This document shows, one piece after another, positions 9,624-18,273 of a stretch of 64,000 nt of DNA. The stretch is from NCBI GenBank assembly GCA_964203275.1, contig CAXNMF010000016.1, positions 7,723-71,722 of the forward strand. The letters are read 5' to 3'. The notes under the pieces were generated by a model. It did not search any database. It had not been told where the DNA came from and was given only the letters and a program-made list of their open reading frames with translations. Position 1 is the stretch's first letter. Every line of letters starts with the position of its first letter. This stretch comes from Burkholderiales bacterium. Lineage in GTDB: Bacteria; Pseudomonadota; Gammaproteobacteria; Burkholderiales; SG8-41. The translations under genes were made by a program, and so were the position numbers.

Positions 9624-10271
9624 ATGCCTTTTAAGCCTGCAGTCCTTGTTGTCGTTGCGGCTACCTGCCTGTCGCTGTCGTCCTGCGCCGGCTTTCGAGG
9701 CGGCTGGGAGAGCATTCCTTATATTGGTAATCCGCCGCCAACGCCGAGTGTGTCCCGTACGTCGTTCGAAGCGGGTAAGCGATCCGAGCTGTTGTTGCCG
9801 GGGCTGAAGGTCAGGATAGATCTCAATAACCGGATACAGGACAACCACTACCAGGTCTACGGCGTGGTTCCAGTGCCGAAAGACTCGAGCGAGAGTCGCG
9901 CTTCGTTGGTCAAGCCGGAAAGAATCTCCCTGCGATTGGAGGTTCGGGAGGAGGGCTTTGTCTTTCGATCGCATCTCGCCGTTCTTGGTGTGGCGGGCAA
10001 GACGGCATCGGCGGTCGCCGGGTATGAGCGAGGGAAGTATGACCTTTCCGGTTATAAAGGCGGTTTTTGGGAGGAACCGAAACCGATTGCGGAGGAATAC
10101 ATCCTGAGCCCCGGTATCTACTACCTGTTTGTGGAGTTCCCGCTGCCGGTGCCTGTCCCGCAGACACCCGACATCACGCTCGACCTGTCCAAAGCCCTGC
10201 AGGCGCCGGGCAAGCCACCCATTCCCTTGATTCGATTTCTTCCGGTGCGCTGGGAGGAAGGCTACAGTTAG
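9624..10271 (+). CDS. Lipoprotein of unknown function
   Basis: Lipobox LSSC. I chose the start at ATG 9624 (GGGGAG lies 6 nt upstream) inside track ORF 9585..10271. Confidence 0.55.
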   Translation: MPFKPAVLVVVAATCLSLSSCAGFRGGWESIPYIGNPPPTPSVSRTSFEAGKRSELLLPGLKVRIDLNNRIQDNHYQVYGVVPVPKDSSESRASLVKPERISLRLEVREEGFVFRSHLAVLGVAGKTASAVAGYERGKYDLSGYKGGFWEEPKPIAEEYILSPGIYYLFVEFPLPVPVPQTPDITLDLSKALQAPGKPPIPLIRFLPVRWEEGYS

Positions 10272-10385
10272 AGCAAGGGTGGCCCGTATGAAACGAAGTG
10301 AAATACGGGATCCAGGGTGACGCTCCTCGTAATGCGCTGCCCCCCAAGGGGACTTTCTTCGGGGCGCGCCGGGATGACGATACGA

Positions 10386-11561
10386 TCAGCAAACCCCGTG
10401 CAGCGCCAGCAGCGTCTTCATCCGCGTCACAGCCAATTCCGGCTTCAGCAACAAGCCCGCTGCATCCGCCAGTCTGAACAACTCCACGAAGTGCATCAGC
10501 GACCGCGCACTCTGCTGGCCGCCGACCATTACGAAGTGATCCTGATGGCCGTTGAGCCAGGCCATGAACACCACGCCGGTTTTGTAATGCCAGGTCGGCG
10601 CGCAGAACATGTGTCGTGACAACGGCACCGTCGGTTCGAGGATGCGGTGGAAGTCTGCGGTGTCACCTTGCGCCAGTTTTGCGAGGGCGGCGCCGGCGGC
10701 CGGCGCGATGGTGTCGAAAATACCCAGCAGCGCATCGCTGTGGCCGTGGTTGGGCAATGTGCCTGCACCGTCGCCGGCAATCAGTTCGGCGTAATTGAAG
10801 TCGTCACCGGTGTACATGCGCACGCCCGCGGGCAGTCGGCGGCGCATCGCGATTTCGATGTCCTTGTCGAGTAACGACATCTTGATGCCGTCGACCTTGG
10901 CGGCATTGGCGTTGATCACGCCCAGCGCGGTGTTGATCGCGCCCGGCAGCTCGAGACTGCCCCAGTAACCTTCCAGCGCCGGATCGAACATGCCGCCCAG
11001 CCAGTGCAGGATCACCGGTTCGCGGACCTGACGCAGCAGGCGGTCGTAAACCTTTTCGTAATCGGCGGGGCTGCGCGCGACGCGCACCAGCGCGCGGCTG
11101 GCCATCAGGATCAGGCGTCCGCCGGCGCGTTCGATGGCAGCCATCTGTTCTTCATAGGCACGGATGACGTCGTCCAGCGTTTTGGCGTCTTCAACCGCGA
11201 GTTGGTCGGTGCCGCAGCCCGAGGCGAGCAGGGCGCCGGGGACGTCGCTTGCCGCTGCCGCTGAACGCTGGATCAGTTCCAGCGAATCCTTCCAGTCCAT
11301 GCCCATGCCGCGCTGTGCGGTGTCCATCGCTTCGGCGACGCCGAAGCCGAGGCTCCACAGGTATTTGCGATAAGCCATCGTCGCGTCCCAGTCGACGGCG
11401 GTCTGCTGCCATGGATTGATCGCGGCGCGTGGATCGGCGACGACATGCGCGGCAGCGTAGGCGACGCGGTTGAACGGCGCTCCGGGTGCATCAAAGGCGC
11501 CGGGACCGCGCAGGGTGTAGGAAGATAAGACGCCCGTGGCGTCGGGCAGCAGGATATTCAT
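10386..11561 (-). CDS. TIM-barrel protein, probably DUF993 / dihydrodipicolinate-synthase-like family
   Basis: 391-aa ORF with good coding character. The family assignment rests only on my recollection of DUF993-like N-terminal sequence. Confidence 0.55.
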   Translation of the reverse strand: MNILLPDATGVLSSYTLRGPGAFDAPGAPFNRVAYAAAHVVADPRAAINPWQQTAVDWDATMAYRKYLWSLGFGVAEAMDTAQRGMGMDWKDSLELIQRSAAAASDVPGALLASGCGTDQLAVEDAKTLDDVIRAYEEQMAAIERAGGRLILMASRALVRVARSPADYEKVYDRLLRQVREPVILHWLGGMFDPALEGYWGSLELPGAINTALGVINANAAKVDGIKMSLLDKDIEIAMRRRLPAGVRMYTGDDFNYAELIAGDGAGTLPNHGHSDALLGIFDTIAPAAGAALAKLAQGDTADFHRILEPTVPLSRHMFCAPTWHYKTGVVFMAWLNGHQDHFVMVGGQQSARSLMHFVELFRLADAAGLLLKPELAVTRMKTLLALHGVC

Positions 11562-11672
11562 GGTGCGATGTTTTTATTGGGGAAATTTTTCGACATCTTC
11601 GCACGCGTGGACCTGGCTGCACAGCAAATGGATTTTTGACGCAATCAGATTGAAATGCGGGCCAGGAAAGAC

Positions 11673-11696
11673 AAACCCCGCCAACAGGCGGGGTTT
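11673..11696 (-). terminator. Rho-independent-like terminator after the PEP-CTERM gene
   Basis: aaaccccgcc-aaca-ggcggggttt, a 10-bp stem 25 nt downstream of the stop at 11721. It is followed by gtctttcc on the minus strand. Confidence 0.6.
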
Positions 11697-11720
11697 CAAT
11701 TGAAAACAACGGGGGCTGGA

Positions 11721-12443
11721 TCAGGCAGGCGTTTTTGATTTTCTGCGCCGTGCCACGCCGAGAAGGCTGCCCAGACCTGCGAGCAGCATCGCATAGGTCT
11801 CGGGTTCCGGTACGGGGCTCATTACGCGCAGTGTGCCGTTGCTTGATGTGATCGTGCTGGAAATGCCGCCCGCGCTATAGCCCATGCCGATCGATACGCT
11901 ATCGAAACCGGATCCGGCGCCGAACGCCAGTCCGCTGAAATCGGTGGGCAACGCTGGGCTGTTGATTGCCGAATACGAAGGGTAGTCTGCGACCCGCAGA
12001 ATCATCGAGCTGGAAGTGATGCCGCCGTGGGTCTCGTTGGTATGAACATTCAGGAACAGGGCGTTGAAATTGGCGACGACGTTCGGATCGTCGATGTTGT
12101 TGTTGACTTTGACGTAATTGCGGTTTGTAGGTATCAGGTAATTTGCCGACGTATCGAAGTGGCTCATTGGCTTGCTGCTGAACGTCAGACCTTCGAAGGA
12201 ATACGTGGCGCTCAGAACTGAAAATGCGTAGTCGATGTTGTCCGTGTCAGCGCCGATCTGGATGCCGGTGATGCTGTCGTCGATGACAAAGGTGGCGGTG
12301 ATGGCTTTGCCGACCAGCGACGAAGGGCCGTTGAAGATGGTGCCGGTGTATTCGTAGGTAATTTCAGCTTGGGCGCATAAAGGCGCCATGGAGAATATGG
12401 CTGCGGCGGCGATTGCTGCGGTGCGTCGTGCGGAAAAAATCAC
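11721..12443 (-). CDS. PEP-CTERM sorting-domain secreted protein
   Basis: N-terminal signal peptide. The C-terminus VPEPETYAMLLAGLGSLLGVARRRK is the PEP motif, a TM helix and a basic tail. Confidence 0.85.
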   Translation of the reverse strand: MIFSARRTAAIAAAAIFSMAPLCAQAEITYEYTGTIFNGPSSLVGKAITATFVIDDSITGIQIGADTDNIDYAFSVLSATYSFEGLTFSSKPMSHFDTSANYLIPTNRNYVKVNNNIDDPNVVANFNALFLNVHTNETHGGITSSSMILRVADYPSYSAINSPALPTDFSGLAFGAGSGFDSVSIGMGYSAGGISSTITSSNGTLRVMSPVPEPETYAMLLAGLGSLLGVARRRKSKTPA

Positions 12444-12554
12444 TGAGCGGCTCCCTGAGTGTTATGGATTTTGGTATTTGTGCAAAAACTAGAATTTTCA
12501 ATAATTTACTTGATTGATGGCGCGGTCCGCACAGGAGGGCTTGCCAGAAATTCT

Positions 12555-12570
12555 TAGTAGATTTCTACTA
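12555..12570. promoter_or_regulatory. Perfect palindrome TAGTAGA-TT-TCTACTA upstream of the PEP-CTERM gene
   Basis: Seen directly. It lies 112-127 nt upstream of the start at 12443, in an AT-rich intergenic region. Confidence 0.3.
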
Positions 12571-12640
12571 TTTGAGCCAAGCCATATCGTGGATGTTTGC
12601 GAGGCTGTCCACATTGCAAATTGAGTTTGTAGTGGTCAAC

Positions 12641-14437
12641 TCAGTGTGTTGCCGGCAGGTCACCCCAAAGCCCCAGCGTATGCAGGCGTTCGCTGTCGAG
12701 AATGCGCGCGGTGGCTTCGGGCAGGCCATGGCCGCTTAACGCTTCGGGGGCGATCGCGGCGATGCCGGCACGCGTTTCGGGGTCGCTGATCGCGATGGCC
12801 AGCGCTTGCGGATCGGACCATACCGGCTTGCCGTGTTCCATGCGCAGCCAGATGCGCTGGCTGCTGCGGTCGGCGAAATTGACGATGGGCAGGCGGCGGA
12901 TGCATTGCGCGAGAAACTGCGTGTTGTTCTCGGGCGTCATTTCCGCCGCGCCGGGATAGACCTCGCGCGGATTGCGCGCTTCGACATGGATCTTGCGGTA
13001 ACGCTCGATGTCGAGCATGCCGCCGACATCCAGCACATGCATCTCGCCGTTCCAGCCGAAGGCGACGGTGCGCGGTGTCTCGCCCAGCGGAATGCTGTTG
13101 TCGAGGAATTCGTAATGCACTTTTTTGTCGGCTGCCAATGCCCAGGTGAAAAACACTTCGGGAACGCCGGAGAAGGCCTCGACGTTGTGTGCGAGCAGAT
13201 CATCCACGGCCTTGTAGCGGCCGACTTCCAGGCCGCGGTACCAGGCACGCTCGACGGTGGCGTCCGGCGGCGTGATCACGAAGAACAAATACACCAGGCT
13301 GCCGAAACGCGTCAGCAGGTTGCTGCCGGCCACATCTGACGCCGGTGCGAAGGTGTCGAAGCGGAAGCGATCGATCAGCAGGTGCGACATCAAGCCTTGT
13401 TCGGCCTTGCGTGCCATCGTGCGGTCGAGTTTGTGGTCGACGATCTGCAGTTCATGGCCGCTGAACGAGCCCGCATATTTGTACGCGCTGCCGAGTGAGC
13501 TGTAGTCGAGCAGGAACTTGCGGAAAATATCCGGGCTGATCAGTGCGAAATCCTGCCAGCTCACGCCGATGCGTGCGGCGAGCGCGCGCTGCAGCGGGCG
13601 CAGCGTGCTTTTGCCGGCGGCGGAGGCGCCCTTGGTGTTCATCACCACCGGTTGGGCTTGCACCGGCAGGCGGCGGTAACCCTCGGCTTCGGCGCCGCGC
13701 TGAATCAAGGGCTCGATCATGCGGCCGATTTCCTCACTGCCGTAGTCGTTGCTGGCGATATCGGCCGCCACCGAGGCGATCAGTGCGCGGTCGCGCCACA
13801 GCCGGCCGTGGCGGTTGAGCATGGCGGTTGCGACGCGGGCCAGGGCTGTAGCGGCAGCGCAGACCAGCGGATCGGGATGGGTATGGGCCTGGGTTTCCCA
13901 GCGCCGGATCGCGCGCACATCGGTGGTTTCGCTTTCATCAATCGGAGCGGCAACTCTGTTGTTGCCCAGCAGCCGTCTCCAGAGACTGCACGGCGCGGCG
14001 GCTGGGGCGGGTTCTTCCTGCAGCCCGCGATCCAGTTCGACGATGACTGCGTCATGCAGGCGCATGCGCAGCAGCTCATGCGCCGCAGTGATTTCCGCCA
14101 TATGCGGCGTGATATTGCGCTTAAGAAGAGTGTCGGTCATGCGCCGGAAGTTGATGCCGAGGTCTTCGGTTTTCTGGCCGTCCTCGACACTGAAGTCGGC
14201 GGTCACGCGGGCGAGCAGTTCGTGCACCACGAGGCGCTCGGGTCTGAAGGTCACCAGTTCTTCCATCGGGAGGCCGGTGAGATCGGCGAGTTCGCGTACC
14301 TGCTGCAGTGTAGTGCGCACGTACTCGGGCCTGTAGATCGTGGCCAGCGGTAGCAGATCTGCGGGGATCTGCGATTGCAGTCCCGGATTCCACGGGCCTT
14401 CCGGCGTGGAATCCAGATGTTGCTGCGGTTTGTGCAT
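12641..14437 (-). CDS. Zeta-toxin-like P-loop kinase domain protein with large N- and C-terminal extensions of unknown function
   Basis: Walker A GASAAGKST, then ISPDIFRKF (a zeta/PezT-like D-x-FR) and LLIDRFRFD. The start is ATG 14437 with RBS GGGAGG, inside track ORF 12641..14509. Confidence 0.65.
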   Translation of the reverse strand: MHKPQQHLDSTPEGPWNPGLQSQIPADLLPLATIYRPEYVRTTLQQVRELADLTGLPMEELVTFRPERLVVHELLARVTADFSVEDGQKTEDLGINFRRMTDTLLKRNITPHMAEITAAHELLRMRLHDAVIVELDRGLQEEPAPAAAPCSLWRRLLGNNRVAAPIDESETTDVRAIRRWETQAHTHPDPLVCAAATALARVATAMLNRHGRLWRDRALIASVAADIASNDYGSEEIGRMIEPLIQRGAEAEGYRRLPVQAQPVVMNTKGASAAGKSTLRPLQRALAARIGVSWQDFALISPDIFRKFLLDYSSLGSAYKYAGSFSGHELQIVDHKLDRTMARKAEQGLMSHLLIDRFRFDTFAPASDVAGSNLLTRFGSLVYLFFVITPPDATVERAWYRGLEVGRYKAVDDLLAHNVEAFSGVPEVFFTWALAADKKVHYEFLDNSIPLGETPRTVAFGWNGEMHVLDVGGMLDIERYRKIHVEARNPREVYPGAAEMTPENNTQFLAQCIRRLPIVNFADRSSQRIWLRMEHGKPVWSDPQALAIAISDPETRAGIAAIAPEALSGHGLPEATARILDSERLHTLGLWGDLPATH

Positions 14438-14451
14438 GGGGCCTCCCGCGC

Positions 14452-15141
14452 TCAGTCTACGCTGCGCAGCAGGCCGTGTCGTTGACCGGTGGCGGTGAGT
14501 TGTGCGCACTGCGCAGCGGTCAACCGGGTGTTGTCGGGGGAGGTGGATTCCGCCATCAGGTTGTGCGGCGTGTTGTCGTGTTCGCCGCTGTCCATCAATA
14601 CATGGGCCAGTTCATGCGCGACGACGATGCCGAGGTCGCGCGCCCCACGGGCCACCCAGACCGTGTCGGTCAATTCGGGGCGGCTGCGACTGTTGCCGCG
14701 GCCGATGGCTTCCGCATCAAAGGCCGGCGCCTGGCGTGTGCCGGCAGCAAAAAATATCGCGGGCCGCGGCAAATCAAGCGCACGGGCCAGTTCACGCGAG
14801 CGCGGCGTATCGAAGTGGCGGTGTGTTTCGGGTGCGGTGACATGCAGGACATCAATGCGTGTGGTGTGGATGCCGCATTGCGAGAGGATGTTCGCGGCCA
14901 TGCGCAGTGCCGACCGCATTTCCTGCTCTGGCCAGTCATCGAGATTGATGGCGCGCAATTCCAGCGTATGCGTTGTAGTTGCAGGCGCTGTCAAGTCGTT
15001 GATGCTTGTGCGTTGCTCCAAACGGAGCCGCAGTGCTTCGTTCGCGCTGACTGTCGATGCAAACGCGATCGCGGTAAACAGCAGGACGCGCCGGAAGACT
15101 TTTTCCAGGGGTATTGTGCAAATGGTGGCGGGTTTGATCAA
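14452..15141 (-). CDS. Secreted HExxH protein (putative small zinc metalloprotease-like)
   Basis: Signal peptide (LLFTAIAFASTVSANE). Motif VVAHELAHVLMDSGEH...NLM. The stop is 14 nt before the next gene's start. The start is uncertain (TTG at 15141). Confidence 0.55.
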   Translation of the reverse strand: MIKPATICTIPLEKVFRRVLLFTAIAFASTVSANEALRLRLEQRTSINDLTAPATTTHTLELRAINLDDWPEQEMRSALRMAANILSQCGIHTTRIDVLHVTAPETHRHFDTPRSRELARALDLPRPAIFFAAGTRQAPAFDAEAIGRGNSRSRPELTDTVWVARGARDLGIVVAHELAHVLMDSGEHDNTPHNLMAESTSPDNTRLTAAQCAQLTATGQRHGLLRSVD

Positions 15142-15612
15142 AATTTAGGCAACCTAAGTTGTGCCCTTGTCTGGCGCAGTCCCAGCCCCGCATTTTTAAG
15201 GTTGTTCACAGAGATATCCACAGAAAATGTGCATGCTTTTTTGGGCCATGCACCGGATCGGGGAATGCTGGGGCCGTGATCACGGCGTTGCGTCAAAGCG
15301 GATCGGCGCAAAAAATATTTCCCGCCAAAAACCGCCCTAGGAGGAATCTGTTTTTACTTTTAAAATCAACAATTTGCGTGACGTCAAAAAACTGTCGTAA
15401 AAGCCTAGGTGGGTCAAAGACTTAGCGCATGTTTACCCCTTGTGTGTTTTGGTGGCGAGGTCGGTTATTGACACTGGCAACAGAGTTTTGTAGCCGTTTG
15501 CGTGGCGCACAGCGCATGAGATATCAACATGTGCTGATTTGAACCTGTCAAGGCTTTTGATGCCGTTGTTTTCAGGGACTTAGAGCACCTGACGGAATGA
15601 AGCATGCGGGCG

Positions 15613-16212
15613 TTACAGTCCGCGGACAAAGCTTTCGATGCCCTTGAGCAGCATTTCCACTGCGATGGCGGTCAAAACCAGGCCCATCATCCGGTCCAGC
15701 GCGCTCAGGCCACGACGGCCGATATGGCGGGCGATGCGGTCCGCAGCCAGCAGCAACAGCAGGGTGATGGTGCTGGCAATGGCCAGGGCCATGATCCAGT
15801 CGGTGATGCGTTCCGGCGAGCGGGACACGATCAGCACGATGGTGGCGATGGCCGAGGGGCCGGCGATCGATGGAATCGCCAGTGGCACGATGAAAGGTTC
15901 GGATTCAACGGGGTCAGTACCGAATGCACCCTCGGGATGCTGGAAAATCAGCCGCAGTGCAATCAGGAACAGGATCACGCCGCCGGCGATGTTCAGCGAT
16001 GAATCGGAGAGTCCGAACAGGTCGAGGATGCTGCGGCCGAAAAACACGAAAAACAGCAGCAGGCCGAACGCAATCGCGCATTCGCGCAAGATGACCAGAC
16101 GGCGTCGCGCCGGGTCGAGATTACGCAGCAGCGCCGAAAATACCGGTATGTTGCCGATCGGATCCATGACCAGCAGCAGCACGACCAGCGTTGAAGTGAA
16201 AGAGACATCCAT
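15613..16212 (-). CDS. MarC family (UPF0056) integral membrane protein
   Basis: 199 aa, multi-TM, with the MarC-like N-terminus (LLLVMDPIGNIPVF). Confidence 0.85.
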   Translation of the reverse strand: MDVSFTSTLVVLLLVMDPIGNIPVFSALLRNLDPARRRLVILRECAIAFGLLLFFVFFGRSILDLFGLSDSSLNIAGGVILFLIALRLIFQHPEGAFGTDPVESEPFIVPLAIPSIAGPSAIATIVLIVSRSPERITDWIMALAIASTITLLLLLAADRIARHIGRRGLSALDRMMGLVLTAIAVEMLLKGIESFVRGL

Positions 16213-16238
16213 GCGGTGAGTCTACCGCGGACGACGCG

Positions 16239-16943
16239 TCAGAAGCCGAACAGGTTGCTGCGCGCGTGCTGCAGGTGGGCGAGGATGGCCGCACGCGCGC
16301 GGTCGGCGTCACGCGCTTTAAGCGCCTCGACGATGGCACGGTGTTCTTCCTGGTATTTGAGCCGGCGTTCAGCAGTGACTACGCGATCCTTCAGCTTGCC
16401 CCATTCAGTCTGGTGACGGACCGCAGTGGCCATGTCGAAGACGCGGATCATGAAGCGGTTGTGTGTGGCTGCCGCAAGCGCCTGATGCAGCGCTGCATCC
16501 CAGACTTCAAAGTCGTTGAGCGATGTCCCGCGTTCAGCGCGATCGAGGCAGGTTTCCATGCGTTCGAAATCGGCGGGGGTGGCGTTGATGACAATCAGTT
16601 CGGCCATTGTCGGCTCCAGCCGCATCCGCGCTTCCATCAGTTCGGCGGGGCTGGTGTGGCTGATGCTGCCTGCAGGAAAGCCACCGCTGTCAGCGAGGAA
16701 TGTGCCGCGGCCGACATGACGGGTGATCGCGCCTTCGGCTTCAAGTTGGGCAAGCGTTTTGCGTACGGTATTGCGCGGCAATGCGAAGCGCGTCGACAGA
16801 TCGCGTTCGGTCGGCAGTTTGCCGCCGGGGCCAAGGGCGCCCTGGGCAACGGTTTCGAGAATGTAGGCGCGAATTTCCTGTACGCCGTCGCGTTTGCTGC
16901 TGCGGCGGCTGTCGGGTTCAGAGCGTCGGATCGTAGTGGTCAT
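16239..16943 (-). CDS. GntR/FadR-family transcriptional regulator
   Basis: N-terminal winged HTH (GGKLPTERDLSTRFALPRNTVRKTL) plus a FadR-type (FCD) helical C-domain. The start is ATG 16943 with RBS AGGAA. Confidence 0.85.
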   Translation of the reverse strand: MTTTIRRSEPDSRRSSKRDGVQEIRAYILETVAQGALGPGGKLPTERDLSTRFALPRNTVRKTLAQLEAEGAITRHVGRGTFLADSGGFPAGSISHTSPAELMEARMRLEPTMAELIVINATPADFERMETCLDRAERGTSLNDFEVWDAALHQALAAATHNRFMIRVFDMATAVRHQTEWGKLKDRVVTAERRLKYQEEHRAIVEALKARDADRARAAILAHLQHARSNLFGF

Positions 16944-16979
16944 GGCTGTTCCTGATTGCGGCGGATTGTGCAGTGCCTT

Positions 16980-16998
16980 ACCAATTTGGTCAATTGGT
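16980..16998. promoter_or_regulatory. Inverted repeat ACCAATT-TGGTC-AATTGGT, a candidate GntR/FadR operator
   Basis: It lies 37-55 nt upstream of the regulator's start, and ACCAAT/ATTGGT half-sites recur in the same intergenic region. Confidence 0.45.
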
Positions 16999-17137
16999 TC
17001 ATAAAAATATACCAATGGCTAACCAGTGGATGTTTTGAGATCAATGGATTTTGCAGATTTTCACTCTTGTGCGTTGCGGCAAAGGTAGGGCAGGCTGTCG
17101 CCGCTTATCCCAACCAATTTGGCTCAATGATTGACTA

Positions 17138-17150
17138 TTGGTTGAACCAA
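17138..17150. promoter_or_regulatory. Palindrome TTGGTT-G-AACCAA, a candidate FadR-type operator (TGGT..ACCA class)
   Basis: A perfect 13-nt palindrome in the divergent region between the GntR gene and 17277..18176. Confidence 0.45.
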
Positions 17151-17276
17151 GTTTAGAGTTTCGGGCGCTGTCGAGGGTGTTTTCATGCGGTCCGGACCAT
17201 GGTGCGGATGCTGTGTGCGCAGGCAGCTGTTGATCAACGACAATACGCAACCATTCAAGAAAATCCGCGAGGGGAC

Positions 17277-18176
17277 ATGTCCGCAGCCGCTGCAGCGCCG
17301 GTAAAACTGGCGATCATTTCCGAAGGGGTCAATGCATGGCCTTTGTATGTGGCCCAGGGCCGCAAGCTGTTTGAGCAGGAGGGCATCACGGTCGATGTCA
17401 CGCTGACCGGTTCATCCAATCATCAGCTGGAGCAGATGCGCAGCGGCGGTTATGACATTGGTTTCCAGCAGTCCGATCATGTGGTGCGCGCGGTCGAGAC
17501 CGGCAGCGACCTGTGCATCGTGATGGCTCAGGGGCATGCGCCGGAACTATCTCTGGTGGTTGCCGCTGACATCAAGAGTATTGCCGATCTGAAAGGCCGT
17601 GACATTGCCGTCGATGGCGCCAATACCGGTTATGCGCTGTTGCTGCGCAAGCTGCTCGCCGAAAACGGTCTTGCCAAATCCGATTACCGCTTTAGTGAAA
17701 TCGGCGGTTCGCAGGAACGTTTTGATGCGCTGAAGTCGGGGCAATGTGTCGCGAGCTGGCTCAATCCTCCGTTCGACCGCAATCTTTTTGCCGCGGGGTT
17801 TGCTTCCCTTGGCACGACAATGCAGTTTTTTCCGGATTATCCGGGCTCCATCGCGGCCGCACGCCGTTCGTGGGCGACGCTGAATGCCGACCGGCTGGTG
17901 GCCTTTATCCGCGCGTTCCGCGGCGCCTGTCACTGGCTCAAGGATCCGGCCAACAAGGCCGAGGCGGTCACGTTGTTGCCTTCGCGCCTGAACATCGCGC
18001 CGGAACTGGCGAGCAAGGCGTTTGATGCGTTTGTTGCGTGCGCGCTGCCTTCAATTGATGCTTCGGGACTGCGCCAGGTGATTGATGTTTACTGGCAGGC
18101 TGAAGGTCTGACCGTGCCTAAGGGCGAACCGGGCAAGTACATGGATCTGTCGTATCAGCAGCGCGCAGGACTCTGA
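17277..18176 (+). CDS. NMT1/THI5-like (nitrate/sulfonate/bicarbonate-type) substrate-binding protein without an obvious signal peptide
   Basis: 299 aa with an SsuA/NMT1-like pattern. The start is ATG 17277 (RBS GAGGGGA) inside track ORF 17199..18176. Confidence 0.7.
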   Translation: MSAAAAAPVKLAIISEGVNAWPLYVAQGRKLFEQEGITVDVTLTGSSNHQLEQMRSGGYDIGFQQSDHVVRAVETGSDLCIVMAQGHAPELSLVVAADIKSIADLKGRDIAVDGANTGYALLLRKLLAENGLAKSDYRFSEIGGSQERFDALKSGQCVASWLNPPFDRNLFAAGFASLGTTMQFFPDYPGSIAAARRSWATLNADRLVAFIRAFRGACHWLKDPANKAEAVTLLPSRLNIAPELASKAFDAFVACALPSIDASGLRQVIDVYWQAEGLTVPKGEPGKYMDLSYQQRAGL

Positions 18177-18193
18177 GTTAATCCGCTTTTGAA

Positions 18194-18247
18194 TTCATCC
18201 GTATCAACGTTCATCCGCATCTAGTTTCATACATAACAAGTTCATCC
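18194..18247 (+). promoter_or_regulatory. Four direct repeats TTCATCC/TTCATCC/TTCATAC/TTCATCC spaced 16, 16 and 15 nt apart
   Basis: Seen directly at 18194, 18210, 18226 and 18241. The array ends 27 nt before ATG 18274. Confidence 0.4.
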
Positions 18248-18273
18248 AATAATCGAACCCACGGAGGGGCAAC

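Noticed and set aside
10342-10364. Motif CCCCAAGGGGACTTTCTTCGGGG resembling CCCAAAGGGGACTTCTTCCGGG at 55563..55584
   Set aside because: The only solid shared core is about 8 nt plus short flanks, and indels are needed to align the rest. In GC-rich DNA this could be chance. I could not establish a repeat family from two imperfect copies.
15468-15490. Sigma-54-like TGGCA...TTTTG on the plus strand in the 471-bp gap
   Set aside because: The GG-to-GC spacing does not fit the -24/-12 consensus, and the flanking genes are on the opposite strand.
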